A stretch of DNA of 64,000 bases from Paraspadella gotoi (taxonomy: Eukaryota > Animalia > Chaetognatha): positions 12,434,473 to 12,498,472 of the forward strand of contig CM119268.1 in assembly GCA_051294375.1 (NCBI GenBank), given 5' to 3'. The notes below the pieces were generated by a model, which did not search any database, was not told the DNA's origin, and worked only from the letters and a program-made list of their open reading frames with translations. Below, piece after piece: positions 1-24,763 of this stretch. A program made the translations under genes and the position numbers. The number at the start of each line of letters is the position of its first letter. The first letter of the stretch is position 1.

Positions 1-278
1 ATCTTTTCCTTTATCCTTCTGTTTTCCTTCACTTAAATTCCCTCTCTCTTTGTCGAGGCATCATTCCTGCGCTTCACTCTTCTCTATTTCACACTCACTC
101 TTCTTCTCTCTCTCTCTCTCACTCCCATTTCATCTCTCACTACTTCAGTCCCTCGCCTCCACTCAATCCACTCCCCGTATCACTCCTTCGCTTCCTTCCC
201 CTTTTCATTCAGTCTATCACTCTTTCTCACCCCCTCGCCCCATCACTCCTTTGCCTTCTCCCCCCTCCAACAGCTCCA

Positions 279-8336
<8,058 letters not shown>

Positions 8337-9220
8337 CTAGAGGGAAGAAGGGATAATTGAAGAATAATTTATTTCATAAGATAAAAGCATTTGAAATTAA
8401 ACAAGACAAATTGTGATCTCACTCTCTCGCTCTCTCCCGCTGTTTATCTTCCTCTTTCTCTCTCCTTACCTCTATATCTTTGTAAGTATCAACTTTTAAT
8501 TAACCTAATTAGTATTACGTACGTACCTTACAAAGCTATAATGCATTTACCTGAACAACCAAGTTTTATTTTATTTTATTTTATAGTACGTACTTCATCT
8601 GTGTTTTTAATCTTCCCACGTTTCTTCAATTTTCATCACTTAACACATAACTTTGTCACAAATATTGATTAAAACTTGAGGTTTGTCCCCCCTGTCGTAA
8701 AGATAAAAAAAAATCCAGCGTCTCTTTTCCAGTTAAATAACGTTAGAAACGCGAAGAAGAAGAAAAAAAACCTGGGTTCCGCCAAAGGCGATGATTTAGT
8801 TTAGTGCCTTTGAGTAAAAGGTTCCGTTGGCAATAAAACTGCATCGGCGCCATTTCTGCCTCATTTACTCGGAACTCAAGATCCCCGCCGCGCTTAAAAC
8901 TCACTTTCCGCCTTCCCCGTGTTCTCGCGGGATGGCCCCTGTCTAATTGGCGCGTCCATCCTCCTTGGCGAGAGAGCTTGCAGAACCGCAGAAACGATGG
9001 CCTTGTCAATGTGAGGATTCTCTCTCTCTCTCTTAATATAATTAAAGACGCGAGGATTGGCCACTTTTTCAAATCAATCCTAACATAAATCTTTTACCAA
9101 CAAACCAATCATTATCCAACGAACCGCTCCAACTGTGGGCAACAACTACCCTTTGAGCTTCCCCATATCCCCTTGGCACCGCATTGGATGAGATTAAAAC
9201 TTTTTTAGATCCACTCCTCT

Positions 9221-9280
<60 letters not shown>

Positions 9281-10598
9281 TCTCTCCTTCCCTCTCCCTC
9301 CCTAATTTAGGCTTATCGCCCCATTTTTACGAAGCGCAAGACCCAAAAGTAACCGGTGGAGTTCTAAAACTGAGCGATATTCGTAACTTCAACGACGAAA
9401 CTAATTATCACTCTATCTCTCTCTTCCTCACACTTTGTGAGTCCTCCAATTTCGTCATATCACTTTCGCTCCCTCTTCTCTCTTTCCATCCCCCCCCCTC
9501 TCTTCTCGCCCGCGTTGAAATCGAACTCATTATTCTCCAGCGGCCATTTTTTTTTTCTGCTTGGAGGCTGCAAAGAGAGAGAGAGAAGAGAGAGAGAAGA
9601 GAGAGAGGAGAGAGAGAGACAGAGAGAGAGAAAAAAAAATCCCAGTGCCTCATAAATCAGAGGAGAATTGATTTGCCTACTTATTCCTCCTATCCTTTCA
9701 GAAATCGTTGGGAACTTCATCTCTTCATGGTCACTGTCAACTTACGAAAATGTTTTTTAAGGTTTTTTTATAATTTAACAAGATTAGTTATCGGTTACAC
9801 ATATCATCGCACAAAATTGTTAGATCCGTTTCGGTCGACATCTCAGCTTTTTTTTACAACCCCGTTTTCGTTGAAAAAGAAGAACGACTTTGTCATGGGA
9901 AAATGGCGCGGATAATGACGAGAGAAAAACCCGCGAATCGACAGAAAAACATCCCCTCATTAGCATATTCAAAATTATCGCCTTTTGAGTGGAGGTTGAC
10001 GGGCGGATGAAGGAAGAATTGTAGCGCTCCTCGGTACTCATCCTCTCGATCCCTTAACCCTCACCAGTCACCTCACTGATGGAACCCAAACAATCGGTTG
10101 CTCCTGCATAAAAAAGAGATGGACTTCCGCTTTTCTTCATTTCTCGTTTTTTATCTTTGCTTCTTTTTTTTTTCGGCTCTTCCTTCTGCTCGCCCCTTCG
10201 CTTTATCGGCCTGGAAAGATAATTTCACTCCAGAGTTTCATCTTCAATCCTCATCAGACACATGTTCTTTTTCAGTTCGGATCGAAAAGACGTCCTATTG
10301 AAAAAAAAACTCGCATAGACGAACCAGCTTGGAAACCGACAACAATAATGGTGATTGAAAAGGGACGTGGGCTGTGCAGAGATATGGCGTTGTCATCTCT
10401 ATTAGTTTTGTTTGCCATTTTGTTTTACCATTTCTTTGGATTTTGATAGATTTCCCTCTTTACTTTTCTTCGGAGATTATACTCCTCTTCCTTTTCTTTA
10501 CCAGATATGTCACGACACGTCACCAATTACAGTGAGCCTCTGACATGGCCTAAGAGCCCACCATTATAATTTGTCGAGACAGACAAGTGGGCGCTCAC

Positions 10599-13668
<3,070 letters not shown>

Positions 13669-16600
13669 AGTCAGCGTCGAAGGGAATCCTAATGGGAATT
13701 CCGTTGGAAATGTGACGTTTTTATATCACCGAGGGAACCTGAAATTGTTTTCTTCACGATACAAGCGCAATAAAAGCGCGGAGCTAAAAGCTAAAAAATA
13801 AAGCGATCACAAAAAAAAAAGCTCCAAAAAAGCATAAAAAAAAATAAAGAGGAACAAAAACCCAATTTTCTGGTCTTCGTTCCACGTTGCTTCACGTTGC
13901 GCCGAGGAATTTCCGGCCAAGCGGAAAATACGAGCGATTTGAGGCGATTCGCGGCGGTTGTTTCGACGCCGGCCGCCGTCTCGTTCTTGGCGCTCTCTTC
14001 AGGTTCATAGCCTTCGATTCGATGTTTCGCTGATTCCAATGGAACCGATTCCTGCTAAAATTCTATTCATTTCCGAGTTCCGTGCATAAATAGAAGACAT
14101 GGCGTTATTACGCACGCTCGGGTGTCAACACGGCTGATTGCGATTCATTCTGTTCGCAAAAATTCATCAAAACTCTTATCCCGAGTTTTTTTCTTAATTC
14201 AAGAATTAAAAATTGCGCTGAATCCGATTTAAATTAAATTTTAAATCAAGCATTTTGCTTCATAAATCAAAACCTTGTTCCTTTTTTTTTTTAAAAGCCT
14301 ATAGATGTGGAATCGAGGGTGTGACGAGATGAAAACAATGAAGCCGTCATGATGCCAAAGAGCAAATCGCTTGACATGAATTTTATTGACGCTCAACCGT
14401 TTGTTGTAAAGAGAATTTCATAAAATGGCTTCGTGGAGAGAGAAAAAGACAAAAGGACGGAAAGATAGAAAAACCGAAGCAAAACTAATAAATTGCTGAA
14501 AATAATTGAAGGAGATTGTATATATATACATAATTACATATATCATAATACATGTTTGTTGTTTATTTATTTATACTAATCAAGATAACGAAAATGGCAC
14601 AAAGAGAAATTCAACATTGATTCGACAACGATAAGAAACGAAATTGTTTAAATTACGTAGATTAGTTCGTCTTTACTTTTTAGCTATTCTACGTCTATCC
14701 AAGAAATAACTCTAAAATGGCATAAACAACTAAATAGGGTGAGTAAACACTAAACAGGCCGAGAAGCAATGGCAAGATCTACAAATGGCGCGGAAAATAG
14801 AAAAGAAACCAAAAAACAAAGAGGAACAAGTTGGCTTCTCCCTTCTTACCCCCCCCCCCTGAAGGGAGCGGAATTACGCGCCTCGCGGTTTATTGGCGAA
14901 TTTATGGAAGAGCCGCGAAAACGCCGAAAGGCTACGAAGGGTGAAGATCTTGAAAGCCTCGTTTGTCGGCCTCGGGGCTTGATGAGGGGGTCAAGTTAAG
15001 GAGGGAGAAGTTGGAGTTCCCCGAAAAGAGATTGTAAAGAAGACAAGAGTTCCGTTTCCCAAATGTGCAATGAACGGAACAGACTCGCGACGAACGTGTT
15101 GACGAATTCCGCAGAGCGACAATAAAGAAACCGTTTTGCACACTTCCACGTTGATTCGAACTCTCTCTCTCTCTCTCTCTCTCTGTCATCTCTTTCCAGT
15201 ATCGGTTCACTTTTTTGGTTTTTGTTTTTGTTTGAAAATAAAAATAAAGAGATGTTGTGGGAGAAAAGAAATTGATTCTTTCGGTTGACTGGTTTCCAAT
15301 CATCCCGGCAACTCCCTGAGCTGAAAGAATAGAAAAAGAATTTCTTAACATTATCTTTTATTATTCCTACAATGACAAAAAAAAACCAGTAGATGCATAC
15401 TGGATTTAAAAACGAAAATTTCAAATGCTCAGGTCTGATAGAACTCTGTAACATTAAACAAATTAAAATTATTAATATGTATTATTACCTCTTCGTTACT
15501 CATTCACGCTCAAGAGTCTCTTCCCCCCTTTTTTTTATATCAACACGACCTCCTGAGCGTAAGATAAAAAGAATATATGAAAAAAGGGGAGCTTAACGTT
15601 ATTATGCAAGATCCGCTGAGAAGGTTTATTCCCAGCTCATAATTCAATAAGGAAAAGTTGACGTTGAGAGAAAGTAAGAAGGCGAAGAGGAAAAACGGAG
15701 TTGGAACGGGTAGGGGAAACTGCGGCTGGAAAACAAGTTGTAGCAAGATGGAGGAAAAAAAGGTGAAAAAAAAATGGGGGGGAAAAAGTAGGTCCTTGTG
15801 AGGGCGTTGAGAACTAAATGATGACGGGGTTTAAAACTAAAAAGAATAGATCGCGAAAAGTAATATGGGAAAGACGACGTTGACTTCTGAAATTGCTTGA
15901 TTAAAAAAGGAAAGCCAGAAACGACGTTAAGAGTTAAATAATAAGTGTGAAATTGTTATAAAAGATAGTAGGAACAGTAGGAAACGAGAGAACAAAGCGG
16001 GCGTATATCAATAAGAATGGGAAGAAGATCCTTGAAAATATGAAACAACGAAGCGAAAAGAGCTCGGAGCCAGCCATTTGTGAAAGAAATTAATTCTATT
16101 GGGCCACGGGGCCTCGGTGAAACGTCCATAAAGAGAACTTTATATTCAGACTTTTTATAAAGTCCGGATTGTCGTTAATCTTCTTGTCGTTACTGGATTT
16201 TTCTTTATTTTTTTCTTCAATGTTTTTTAATATATTTTACGTAGGAAAAGTTAATGAGAATTTATGATTTTTTCCGCCTTGTTTCAGGGCTGCCGTCCAT
16301 TAGCATTTCGTGTGAACAAAAAGTCAAGACATTTTTAATACTTTCCATACTCTTGTCAAGTAATTAACTATCCTGTAAAACTATTCTAAAACCGTCTACC
16401 GTCTCGAACAAAATTTTAATAAACTATTGTATGCGAATAATTTTTTTTTTTCATTTCGTGATTGATGAAGGAAAAAAATAGTAATTATTCGAAATCAACG
16501 AACAAAAGAAGTTTGATGAAACGAAGTCGAATTTAATTCGTGGAAAAACGGAAAGTCGGTCTTCCTTTATCGCCCGACTTCAGGTTTCTTCCTCTTCCTC

Positions 16601-16848
16601 TTCCTCCGCCTCACGCGTCGCCTCTCACACATGACGCGACTACAGGGACCACGCGTCACAGCTCAAGCCCATCACGGCGCCAGTTGGTCACAACACGATC
16701 ATGTCACTACGTCAAAGTCAGGAGGCGTAACAAAGCCACGCTTTGCAAGCCCTAAAAGAGTGAATAAATAGATAACTTCAACTTGATAAGTAAGAAATAA
16801 AACTTCATGACTAATGAGTCACGACTAACGAATTATGTTGACGAGCTT

Positions 16849-17291
16849 CACCGTATCCGTTCGCGAGTGGCATCAAAAAAATCTTTACTACACTCATGTG
16901 CAAAAAAAACAAAAAAAAACGCGCTACTTTATAACTTAAAATTCCAGACAAATTTATATATATATATTTTTTTGTACAATTCATCTAATTCGAAAAAATA
17001 CTGTCCCGAGAATGTTCTTGACTGTAGCGAATAATTATTTTTTACTAAAAATTTTCAGTTAAAAATATTAAAATTCAGATACACCATTAATTAAAAGATT
17101 TAATTGAAAATGAAATTGGGTAAGCATTAAAAAAGTTTTTTATATTAATAATTTCTTTATAAGTTAATATTAAATTAATATTATGAAATTATAAACGTCC
17201 AGTACAAGATAGGAAAAAAATTTTTTTTAAATATCCCAACAATGAGAAATGGTAAGCATTTTTTTGGTATCACTCGCGAACGGACATGGTG
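16849..17291. mobile_element. MITE with ~30-bp imperfect TIRs downstream of the NRAMP stop
   Basis: CACCGTATCCGTTCGCGAGTGGCATCAAAAAA at 16849 is inverted relative to TTTTTTGGTATCACTCGCGAACGGACATGGTG ending at 17291; the interior is AT-rich. Confidence 0.6.
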
Positions 17292-17470
17292 TAAGTGAAG
17301 ATTTAACTCATAGTTATTCTTAAAAAATACAAGTTATTTAACAAATATTCTTTTTTAAATAATAAAACTTTTTAGCCAGTTACCAATGTCAATGTGATTG
17401 GTAATGTAACACAAATACTTAATTGATTCTACACCACAACAGCAAAAACAATTTCTTAATAACAGAAAAA

Positions 17471-20400
17471 TCAGTTAACCCGGCGATTGTTGACCTCGCC
17501 CGTGTCGTCGTCAGCAATTCCATCATTATCAGCGCCATCTTCGTCTTCAATCATCGGCTGTTCGATCAAACGCATGGCGAGATCTCGACTTCCCGTCAGG
17601 CCGGCCAACGAAGGAAAACCGAGAGCCACAGCCAGGAATGTCGACAAGTAAAGGATGAAAAAAATGTAGAGGGCGATGCCGATACCAATAAAGAGAAAAA
17701 GGTACCTAAAACAGGCGTACATTAAAGTTAAAATAGGAGAGAATACTATTATGATTATCAAAGACCGATAGGCCTGAGCCTTTTGTACGAACCATAAATG
17801 GGGAAGACCGGTCACGTAAACAGCGGCGAAAAACATATTAATTGTGACAACGAGCACCGTCAAAAATATCGTCGTAATCTTAGTAAAAACGTTGGTACAA
17901 AAATCCTAAAAAAACAGCAAACAGCATTTGTTTTCAAAGGACATTTTAAGGTCTTCTAATGTCAACTAACTTTTGTCATTATGATAGGTGACGCGGTGAC
18001 GGTAATAATTGGAATGAGCGCGAAGGGAAGTTGCAATGACATAAGCACATTCAAACCATCGTTTAAAGCGGTCATATCATCGATTCCGTTAAAAACTGTT
18101 CAAAAATATACTAGTTTATTATATTATTTTATTTAATTAGTTTTATTTTACCCTAAAAATCAAACTCACTTGCAATAAATATTGTTGGGAATATAGCAAG
18201 ACATCGAGTGACTAAAACTCGCTTCCAGCGAGGCCATTGTAAGTTTAAAAACCCTGAAGTAATAGGTTAATTGTAATTAATTCATTTTTTAACCGATAAA
18301 AAAATTCGAGAAATCACATACCTTCCATGACAAATTGACCCGCGTAAGTCCCGGTCATCGTTGAACTTTGCCCAGCTGCGAGAATTCCCACAGCCCAAAT
18401 TATAAGAGCAGCATATCCAAACCTGCAGCCCAGCCAAACGCCTCCTTTGTATATATCCACTTCCGTGTCAGACGGAACGGTCGAATTGGAAAATATTTTT
18501 GAATACTGCGGAATACTACTGTTCAAACAGAGTTGTTTGACCTTAAAGTTGTCAAGGCGGATATTAATCATTACTTTTATTAGTCCCACTCATAATTTTG
18601 ATTCGTAATTTTACCTCGAACTCGGACCTCCCATACAATCCAGAAGCGAAAACACTCACAACGAATAAGTTAATGATGAAGGATACGAAGAGCGCTATAC
18701 TTGCTTCAATGAAATAATATTTATTCGCCTAAAATAATATATATTTTTAATTCTAAATTTTATGATATAAACATACATTACATACCTCTTTTACTTCGTT
18801 TTTGTTTGATCTATCAATATCTCTCGATTTTACAAGCGCAGAATGTAAATAAATATTGTGAGGCATTATGACTGCACCGATCACACCAACGGCTTGCAAA
18901 AGTTCCCTAATAGACAAAAAAGCTTGTTTGGGGACGACCACAAGAACATCAATTCGTTTGGTCCAGAACAATCACATTGATCATTAAGCCGTAGTGAAAG
19001 TTACATACGAAAATTCTAAAAGTCAATTATGAACAACATACCATCAGTGAACATTAATTTGTAAAAAAAATTAATTTTATGTTTTTTAATTTTCGCAGTA
19101 GGCTATATTTATATATAGTACTATCCTTATAAAATTGAAAAATTTCAAAATAGGCTTTTCTTAATTTTGATTGCAGATTTGAATTCCTCGTCAAAAGTTG
19201 ATAAAAGAAAATATAATTCATTTTTAAAAATTCTTTCATTAAGTAGGTTAAAAATTACAAAAACTATATTTAATATTTAAAAAGTTAATGAAGGAATTTT
19301 TCAAAAAGAGTTATATTTCTTTTTATCAACTTTTTATGACGAATCCAAATCTGCAAAAAAATCTTAGAAAAAACTGTTTTGAAATTTTAACATTTATTGG
19401 TTTAGTACTAGTATAAATATGGCCTACTGCATAAATTGTAAAATTTATTATAAATTTTTTTTATACATAAATGTTCATAAGTATAATGTTGTTCGTTCCT
19501 CACTTTTAGAATTTTAATTAAAGTTAAACTTAGGAATTTTACTACGCCTTATTGATCATTAGCACTATTAAGTAAATAGGAGCCTACATATGATATTATC
19601 GACGATATTGTTATTCATAAAACTGGATATCCTAAGCTTACTTTTTTTGGCAACCGTCACACCAAGGTATGGCAAGGCCTTCTATAACCTTAACTTGGGA
19701 AGGTTCACTTATTATATACTCATAGCCAAAAGTAACAGCCATAATTGTAATTAACAATCCGAATAATGCTTCGAGTTTACGAAGCCCGTACCTGAAAAAG
19801 AGCTTCTAGTTAAAACGAGTAGTATTAATAAATATTAAAGTGATGGTAAAGTATGTATTATAACATTGCAAAATGAATTGAGCATAATACTTGTCTAAGA
19901 GAAGGAATGTAAATGTATCGGCAATGGTAATAATCACGCCAGCCCACAGTGGGATTGAGCGATTTGATAAAAGAAAAAAAGCAATCGCAGTCCCAATGAC
20001 CTAAGGGACCGTAAATATTAATAAAATTTTTGGTTTAACCATTATAAATAAAAGATCATAGTGTAATATCCTTTCTTTCGTTGTGTTCTCTAAACTAAAA
20101 GATCTAATCATTTAATTATGAAAGCAAACCTCTTGCATATCTGACCCCACAATTGCAATTTCAACCATTATCCAAAGAATAAATCGTGGAATTACTGGAT
20201 AAGATTTGTAACAAACTTCGGCCAGATGCAATCCTGAACGTTTTTTATAACCATTATCTTACACAATTTATTGTTTTAGTAGTCCATGAATCACAATCGC
20301 TTCATACCTGTCACAGTTCCTAATCTGGCAGCGAGACGTTGCATGATAAGCCCTAATATTGTTGACATCATCAGAAGCCATAGTAACTTGAACTAAACAA

Positions 20401-22924
20401 TTAGGTAATAGAAAACTGCTAATACGATGTGCCAATAGGGGAAGATTATTAAAATAGTACCTGAGCAGTTGCTCCAGATTGTAGATCAGACTCAATATTA
20501 CCAGGATCTAAATAAGCTATAGACATTAAGAATCCAGGTCCAGTAAAAGCCCATAGCTTTTTAAAACTAAATTTATAATTTTCTTTGTCAGGAACAGAGA
20601 CTACTCCGCCTTCCATTTGATAGGTTCTGAATTCTGAAACAGAAAAGCGTAAATTCTGTTAAAGTTTGTTATTTTTAAAATTTTTGGCTTTTACACTGCG
20701 TCGCAAAAAAAGTAGCCACTTGTTTCACCGAAAAAACTATATTGGATAACTGAATTCTATAAAGATATAGAAACATAAAACAAAACTTATTTAAAGCTAT
20801 AAGACTTCAAAGTTGATTGGTACAAAAAATATAATAATAACAATTAATTAAACTTTCCCTTAATTTAAAATATTTATAAACATTGGATTTAAACTTTTTT
20901 ATTATTATTTACAAAGTTTGATAGGAGATTAACAAAAAATTCGTTTTTTAACAACAATTTGTTTTTATTTTTACAAATAAAAATCGGACATGTTTCGACT
21001 CTTAGGGATTTTGCTGATGAAAACTGGAAATATGTCCGATTTTTATTTATAAAAATAAAAACAAATTATTGTTAAAAAATTAATTTTTTATTAATCTCCC
21101 ATTTATATTTATATTTATAATATTATGGCGGTATATTCACACCGACTCACGTCCCTCTGCGTTGGTAAAACGAGACTGTCCTAAGTCACCGCGCCAATGA
21201 CTAGAGGCGTCACTGAAAGTCGGAAGCCCCCAAAACTAACCGTGAGATGCTCCATCCCAAAAAGCATTACAGGCTGTTGCCATAATATGATATTAACTAA
21301 ACAAATTTAACATCAAATATCTTTAGGGGTAAGTGTCGACCATTTTTAACCTAAATTAAAATAAGTAAAGAAATTATATGGAAAAACAATCTTTTTTAAA
21401 AAAAATATTTAATTCCATTATGATTTTATTAATTCTATATTATATTAAAATTATTTTATTAATTATATATATTTTATTTTTATTATTTTTATTATATTTA
21501 TTAAAAATATTATATTAAAATAGAAAAATGAAAAATAGTGAAACAAGTAATTTGCAGATTTTCATATATATATATATATTATATATATATATTCTATATT
21601 ATCAGTCAGAAAAAAAAATATCATCTACTATAACCTATAAAAATAACTTTTTCCCAAACCCGTTTTGAGACTGACTTTTAAGTCTTTCTATATTCTACTG
21701 CCTGAACCAATTTAAATTTCTATTGCACCAATTGATAACTATACTTTTTATATATTTTTTAAATTAAAAAAGAAATAAGAGTATATTTAAAGCTAACTAG
21801 TGGCTACTTTTTTTTGCGCCGCAGTGTATAATTTTCTTTAATTGCCCCATGAGATGTGAATCACTAACAACCTTTCGTTTCTTTTTTTAAATTAAAGGTT
21901 ACCAGTAGTTAAATTTCCGTCTTTTATCAATGTGCTCAGGACTTGAATAAGAGTAGCATCTCACTCTGGACTAATGTCAAATCTGTTTCGGCGTATTCCG
22001 CTCTTTTCTTTGCTTACTAGGAGCCGATTCGGGAACATTCTCTTGTGGCGCAGGAAAAGGGTTTGGTTCTAAGGCGTTTTCACTCCCCACTTGTTGGCTA
22101 ACATCTCCAGCGCTTTTAACTAAAAGTCAAAATATTTCCATATCAAGATTGTAATAACCACCGGGCCAATGTTTATTGAAATTAATATTTGCTTGATGCA
22201 TCTTAATTTTTTTACTTACTACTTTTACGATTTTTAGAAAACAATTTTGTTGACATTGGTTCAGATTTTCTTTTTGCTTCCTTTTCGATTACCTTCTTTT
22301 TATATTGTTTATATGACATATGTATTTAAGTATTTACCGTATAAAAATAATTAATTTAATTATGCTTTGCTTTAAAACTAATTACTTTAAAAGGAAGATT
22401 ATGTTGGCCAGACAGGCTACATGGGATGGGCCGAGAGAAAGATGTGGCGAGGCTGCTTTAGGTCTTTGCCAGAAAATATTACACATTAAATTTAATAGAT
22501 GAGAAAATATTTAGGCTAAACAACAATAGATTTTTATTAATTAATGTGTCGGCTTTATCAGCCTTCATCATCAGCACTTTTAACAATTGTAAAAAAGTTA
22601 CAGTTTGGTTTCACAAACATTGAGAGAGAGAGAGACAAAAAAGGAAATAAAAGTTTTCAACAATGAATAGAGAAACGATCAGTTTTTGAGGACAGATTAA
22701 GTTGGGACAGAGAGAAAGAAAATGTGAGGAAAAGGAAATGAAATTTGGTGACTGAGAAATAAGAGAGAGAGAGAATGAGGGGGAGCGAGAGAGAGGTTCA
22801 CATTTTGGTGAAAAACGGTAAAAAATTATAAATATATATCGAAAGATTTCGTACTAGTATTACCTATAGACCTATAAGTAGGTTCTCCTGAATCAGCAGC
22901 GTTGCGCCGATTGGAATCCAGCAT
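17471..22924 (-). CDS. SLC11A2: NRAMP/SLC11-family divalent metal (Fe/Mn) transporter (DMT1/Malvolio-like), ~13 exons
   Basis: Exons 22924-22864 (MLDSNRR..), 22119-22018, 20633-20461 ([37 protein letters not shown] motif), ~20393-20309, ~20233-20130, ~20000-19891, ~19791-19642, ~18907-18786 ([18 protein letters not shown] motif), ~18728-18615, ~18541-18322 ([19 protein letters not shown]), ~18253-18170, ~18095-17971 and ~17905-17471. Phases are consistent. The symbol is family-level, not strict orthology. Confidence 0.96.
18985..19551. mobile_element. hAT-type MITE, copy 1 (in an NRAMP intron)
   Basis: TIRs TAAGCCGTAGTGAAA / TTTTACTACGCCTTA; 8-bp TSD TTGATCAT at 18977-18984 and 19552-19559; highly similar to 45511-46122. 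Confidence 0.92.
20925..21099. repeat. Long palindrome centred on Penelope-type minimal hammerhead motifs
   Basis: ~72-bp arms (GGAGATTAA...ATCGGACATGTTTC / GAAATATGTCCGAT...TTAATCTCC); the loop contains CTGATGA at 21014-21020. Confidence 0.75.
21124..21284 (+). mobile_element. Short LTR-like element, family copy 3
   Basis: TATGGCGGTATATTCACACCG...GGCTGTTGCCATA, flanked by ATAT on both sides (21120-21123, 21285-21288). Confidence 0.75.
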
Positions 22925-23060
22925 TTTATCTTCTTCACGCAATGTAATTACAGTTACAGCAGCCAATGTTATAAGTTTTCATGATGTTGTTTCAGCAATT
23001 TGATGTCATCTTTCAAAAAAACATGGGCATTTTAGGGTAAGGATATTTATTTTGGTAATA

Positions 23061-23200
23061 TTTTACTTTCCCGACCGGGGTTTTGGCATCTTTTAAAATA
23101 TTACCTAATTACGCTAAACCCTCTTAACCCTAACCATCCATAACCGTAAACCTCCCTTAAACTACCGTTAACCCTCTAACCCCGGTCGGCGTAAGTGAAA
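23061..23200. mobile_element. MITE with degenerate (TAACCC)n interior; related copies at 25632-25772, 40224-40418 and a partial one ending ~47150
   Basis: TIR consensus TTTTACTTTCGCCGACCGGGG ... CCCCGGTCGGCGAAAGTAAAA is seen at several loci. Confidence 0.75.
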
Positions 23201-23659
23201 TTTTTTTTTAATCTTCATAGTCGCTTTCAGGGCAACCTCCTTGGCCTAGCCCACTCCGACGTGTATACATTAAAACCTGATTTTCATATCACGATATCGC
23301 GGAAATCGATGTAAGTACTCGACTCAAATTTTGTTTAAACGAGTAGGCCAACAATTTCTTAGTTCATTGGAGAGATAAGTTTGATAAAATTTTATTTGTT
23401 TGGTGGTTCTAATCTAAAAAGAAAAATGCATTTTTAATTTGGAAGAAGTACGGTAAGAAGCGAAGCATTTAAAACTAAAACATTTTTAGTTTTCAGACGA
23501 AATCAAAAGCATTGCCGGAAAAAGTTGAGACCGTCTATATAATTAAATTATTAATTAACGAAATAAAAAACGTGATGGTGATCAACTAAGGTCAAGTTCG
23601 CGGGTAGGAAGGTTAATTCGCCCAGCAACCGGTCCCCAGTCTAGAGAGTCTGGAAAGAG

Positions 23660-24410
23660 GAGGCCCCGTCGTCGTGTCGTCACGTGAATTGTTCTTTTGT
23701 TGAGTCTTGACTTCGCCCCTCCTCCTCCTCCTCTTCCTCATCTCGGCGCTGGCGACGGATTCCCTTCAGCTGGACGGCGCCATGTTTCTCCTCTTTCCCA
23801 TCCAAAACATTAACTCTCGTTTTCTCAGTCACGACGACCAGGGAGTTGAGGGAGGCCGCCACGATCGAATTCGGGACAGTATCCACTCTGAGGCCCAACT
23901 CGCGAGCCTTGACCCGAAAAAAGAAGCGCCGGGCCTCGTTCCAGGATCCCAATCTCGCCCCGCGGACATCTACATCCCTAACTGGATTGATGGTCGAAAA
24001 ATGGCCTTCGACGTTTCCGTCGTCTCTCCAGTTCAAGAGGCCATCGTTTTTCAGGCCGCCACCACTGCCGCAGCCGCAATCGAAATGCGCAAAACTTCAA
24101 AAATGCGCGCAGCCACTTTGCTCCCTGTCAAGCACAGGGGATCTTTTTCCAACCACTAATTGTAGTGACATTTGGTGGGTGGGACAAGGAAGCTCTCCCC
24201 TTTATTAAAGCCTTCGTCCACCAACATGCAAGGCGTTGGGGAAAATAAATGCCTTGGAGTGCATACATTTCTTTCAAAGGGAAAACGCCAATCTGCTCAT
24301 AAATCGGGACGACGGCCCTCCCAATTAATTTGATAAACAAGTTTAACTGTGTCTTTCCAATAATAAATAAATAATAAATATAAAAAATAATAAAAAAGAA
24401 ATAAAAAATT
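23660..24410 (+). mobile_element. 5'-truncated, degenerate non-LTR retrotransposon (CRE-like, restriction-like endonuclease domain)
   Basis: The ORF reads RHDRIRD...PGSQSRPADIYIPNWIDGRKMAFDVSVVSP, then after a frameshift FQPLIVVTFGGWDKEA. This is the RHD / PD-(D/E)xK pattern of RLE-type non-LTR elements. An A-rich (TAA/A) tail lies at ~24358-24410. Confidence 0.8.
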
Positions 24411-24763
24411 AAAATTAAATTAGACTTTTCAAAATATTTTAAACATTAAATAAAAATAAACCTTGATACTCTATTCGAATTTGTCTTTGTTTCTCGCAAC
24501 ATTCATTATTCACAATTGTTAATTCTTTCATTCTCGCGAACTCATAAAATTGTTGTTCATTTGTTTCCTTTCCAGAAGAAGTTTTCTCAGAATAAATTTC
24601 CTTCAATAAATTGGCCTTCGCTGCCGTCGATTTATTCAAATTTCATGACAACATTCTGATTTTATTCAGTTTAGTTTTTATCGTTGCTGATGTTTAGTTT
24701 CTTACTGTCTCTGTTCTTTATATCTTATCAGCATTTTGATTATCGAACAACATCGCCATAGCA

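Larger units (their letters stand above)
20694..21826. mobile_element. Tc1/mariner-type MITE with nested insertions (NRAMP intron 2)
   Basis: TA|CACTGCGTCGCAAAAAAAGTAGCCACTTGTT ... AACTAGTGGCTACTTTTTTTTGCGCCGCAGTG|TA, i.e. ~30-bp TIRs with a TA TSD. Confidence 0.85.

Noticed and set aside
10220-10262. Hammerhead-like CTGATGA...GAAA on minus
   Set aside because: Stem II cannot pair and the cleavage triplet would be GUG.
16900-17470. Iron-responsive element in the NRAMP 3' UTR
   Set aside because: No CAGUGN-loop hairpin was seen on the minus strand.
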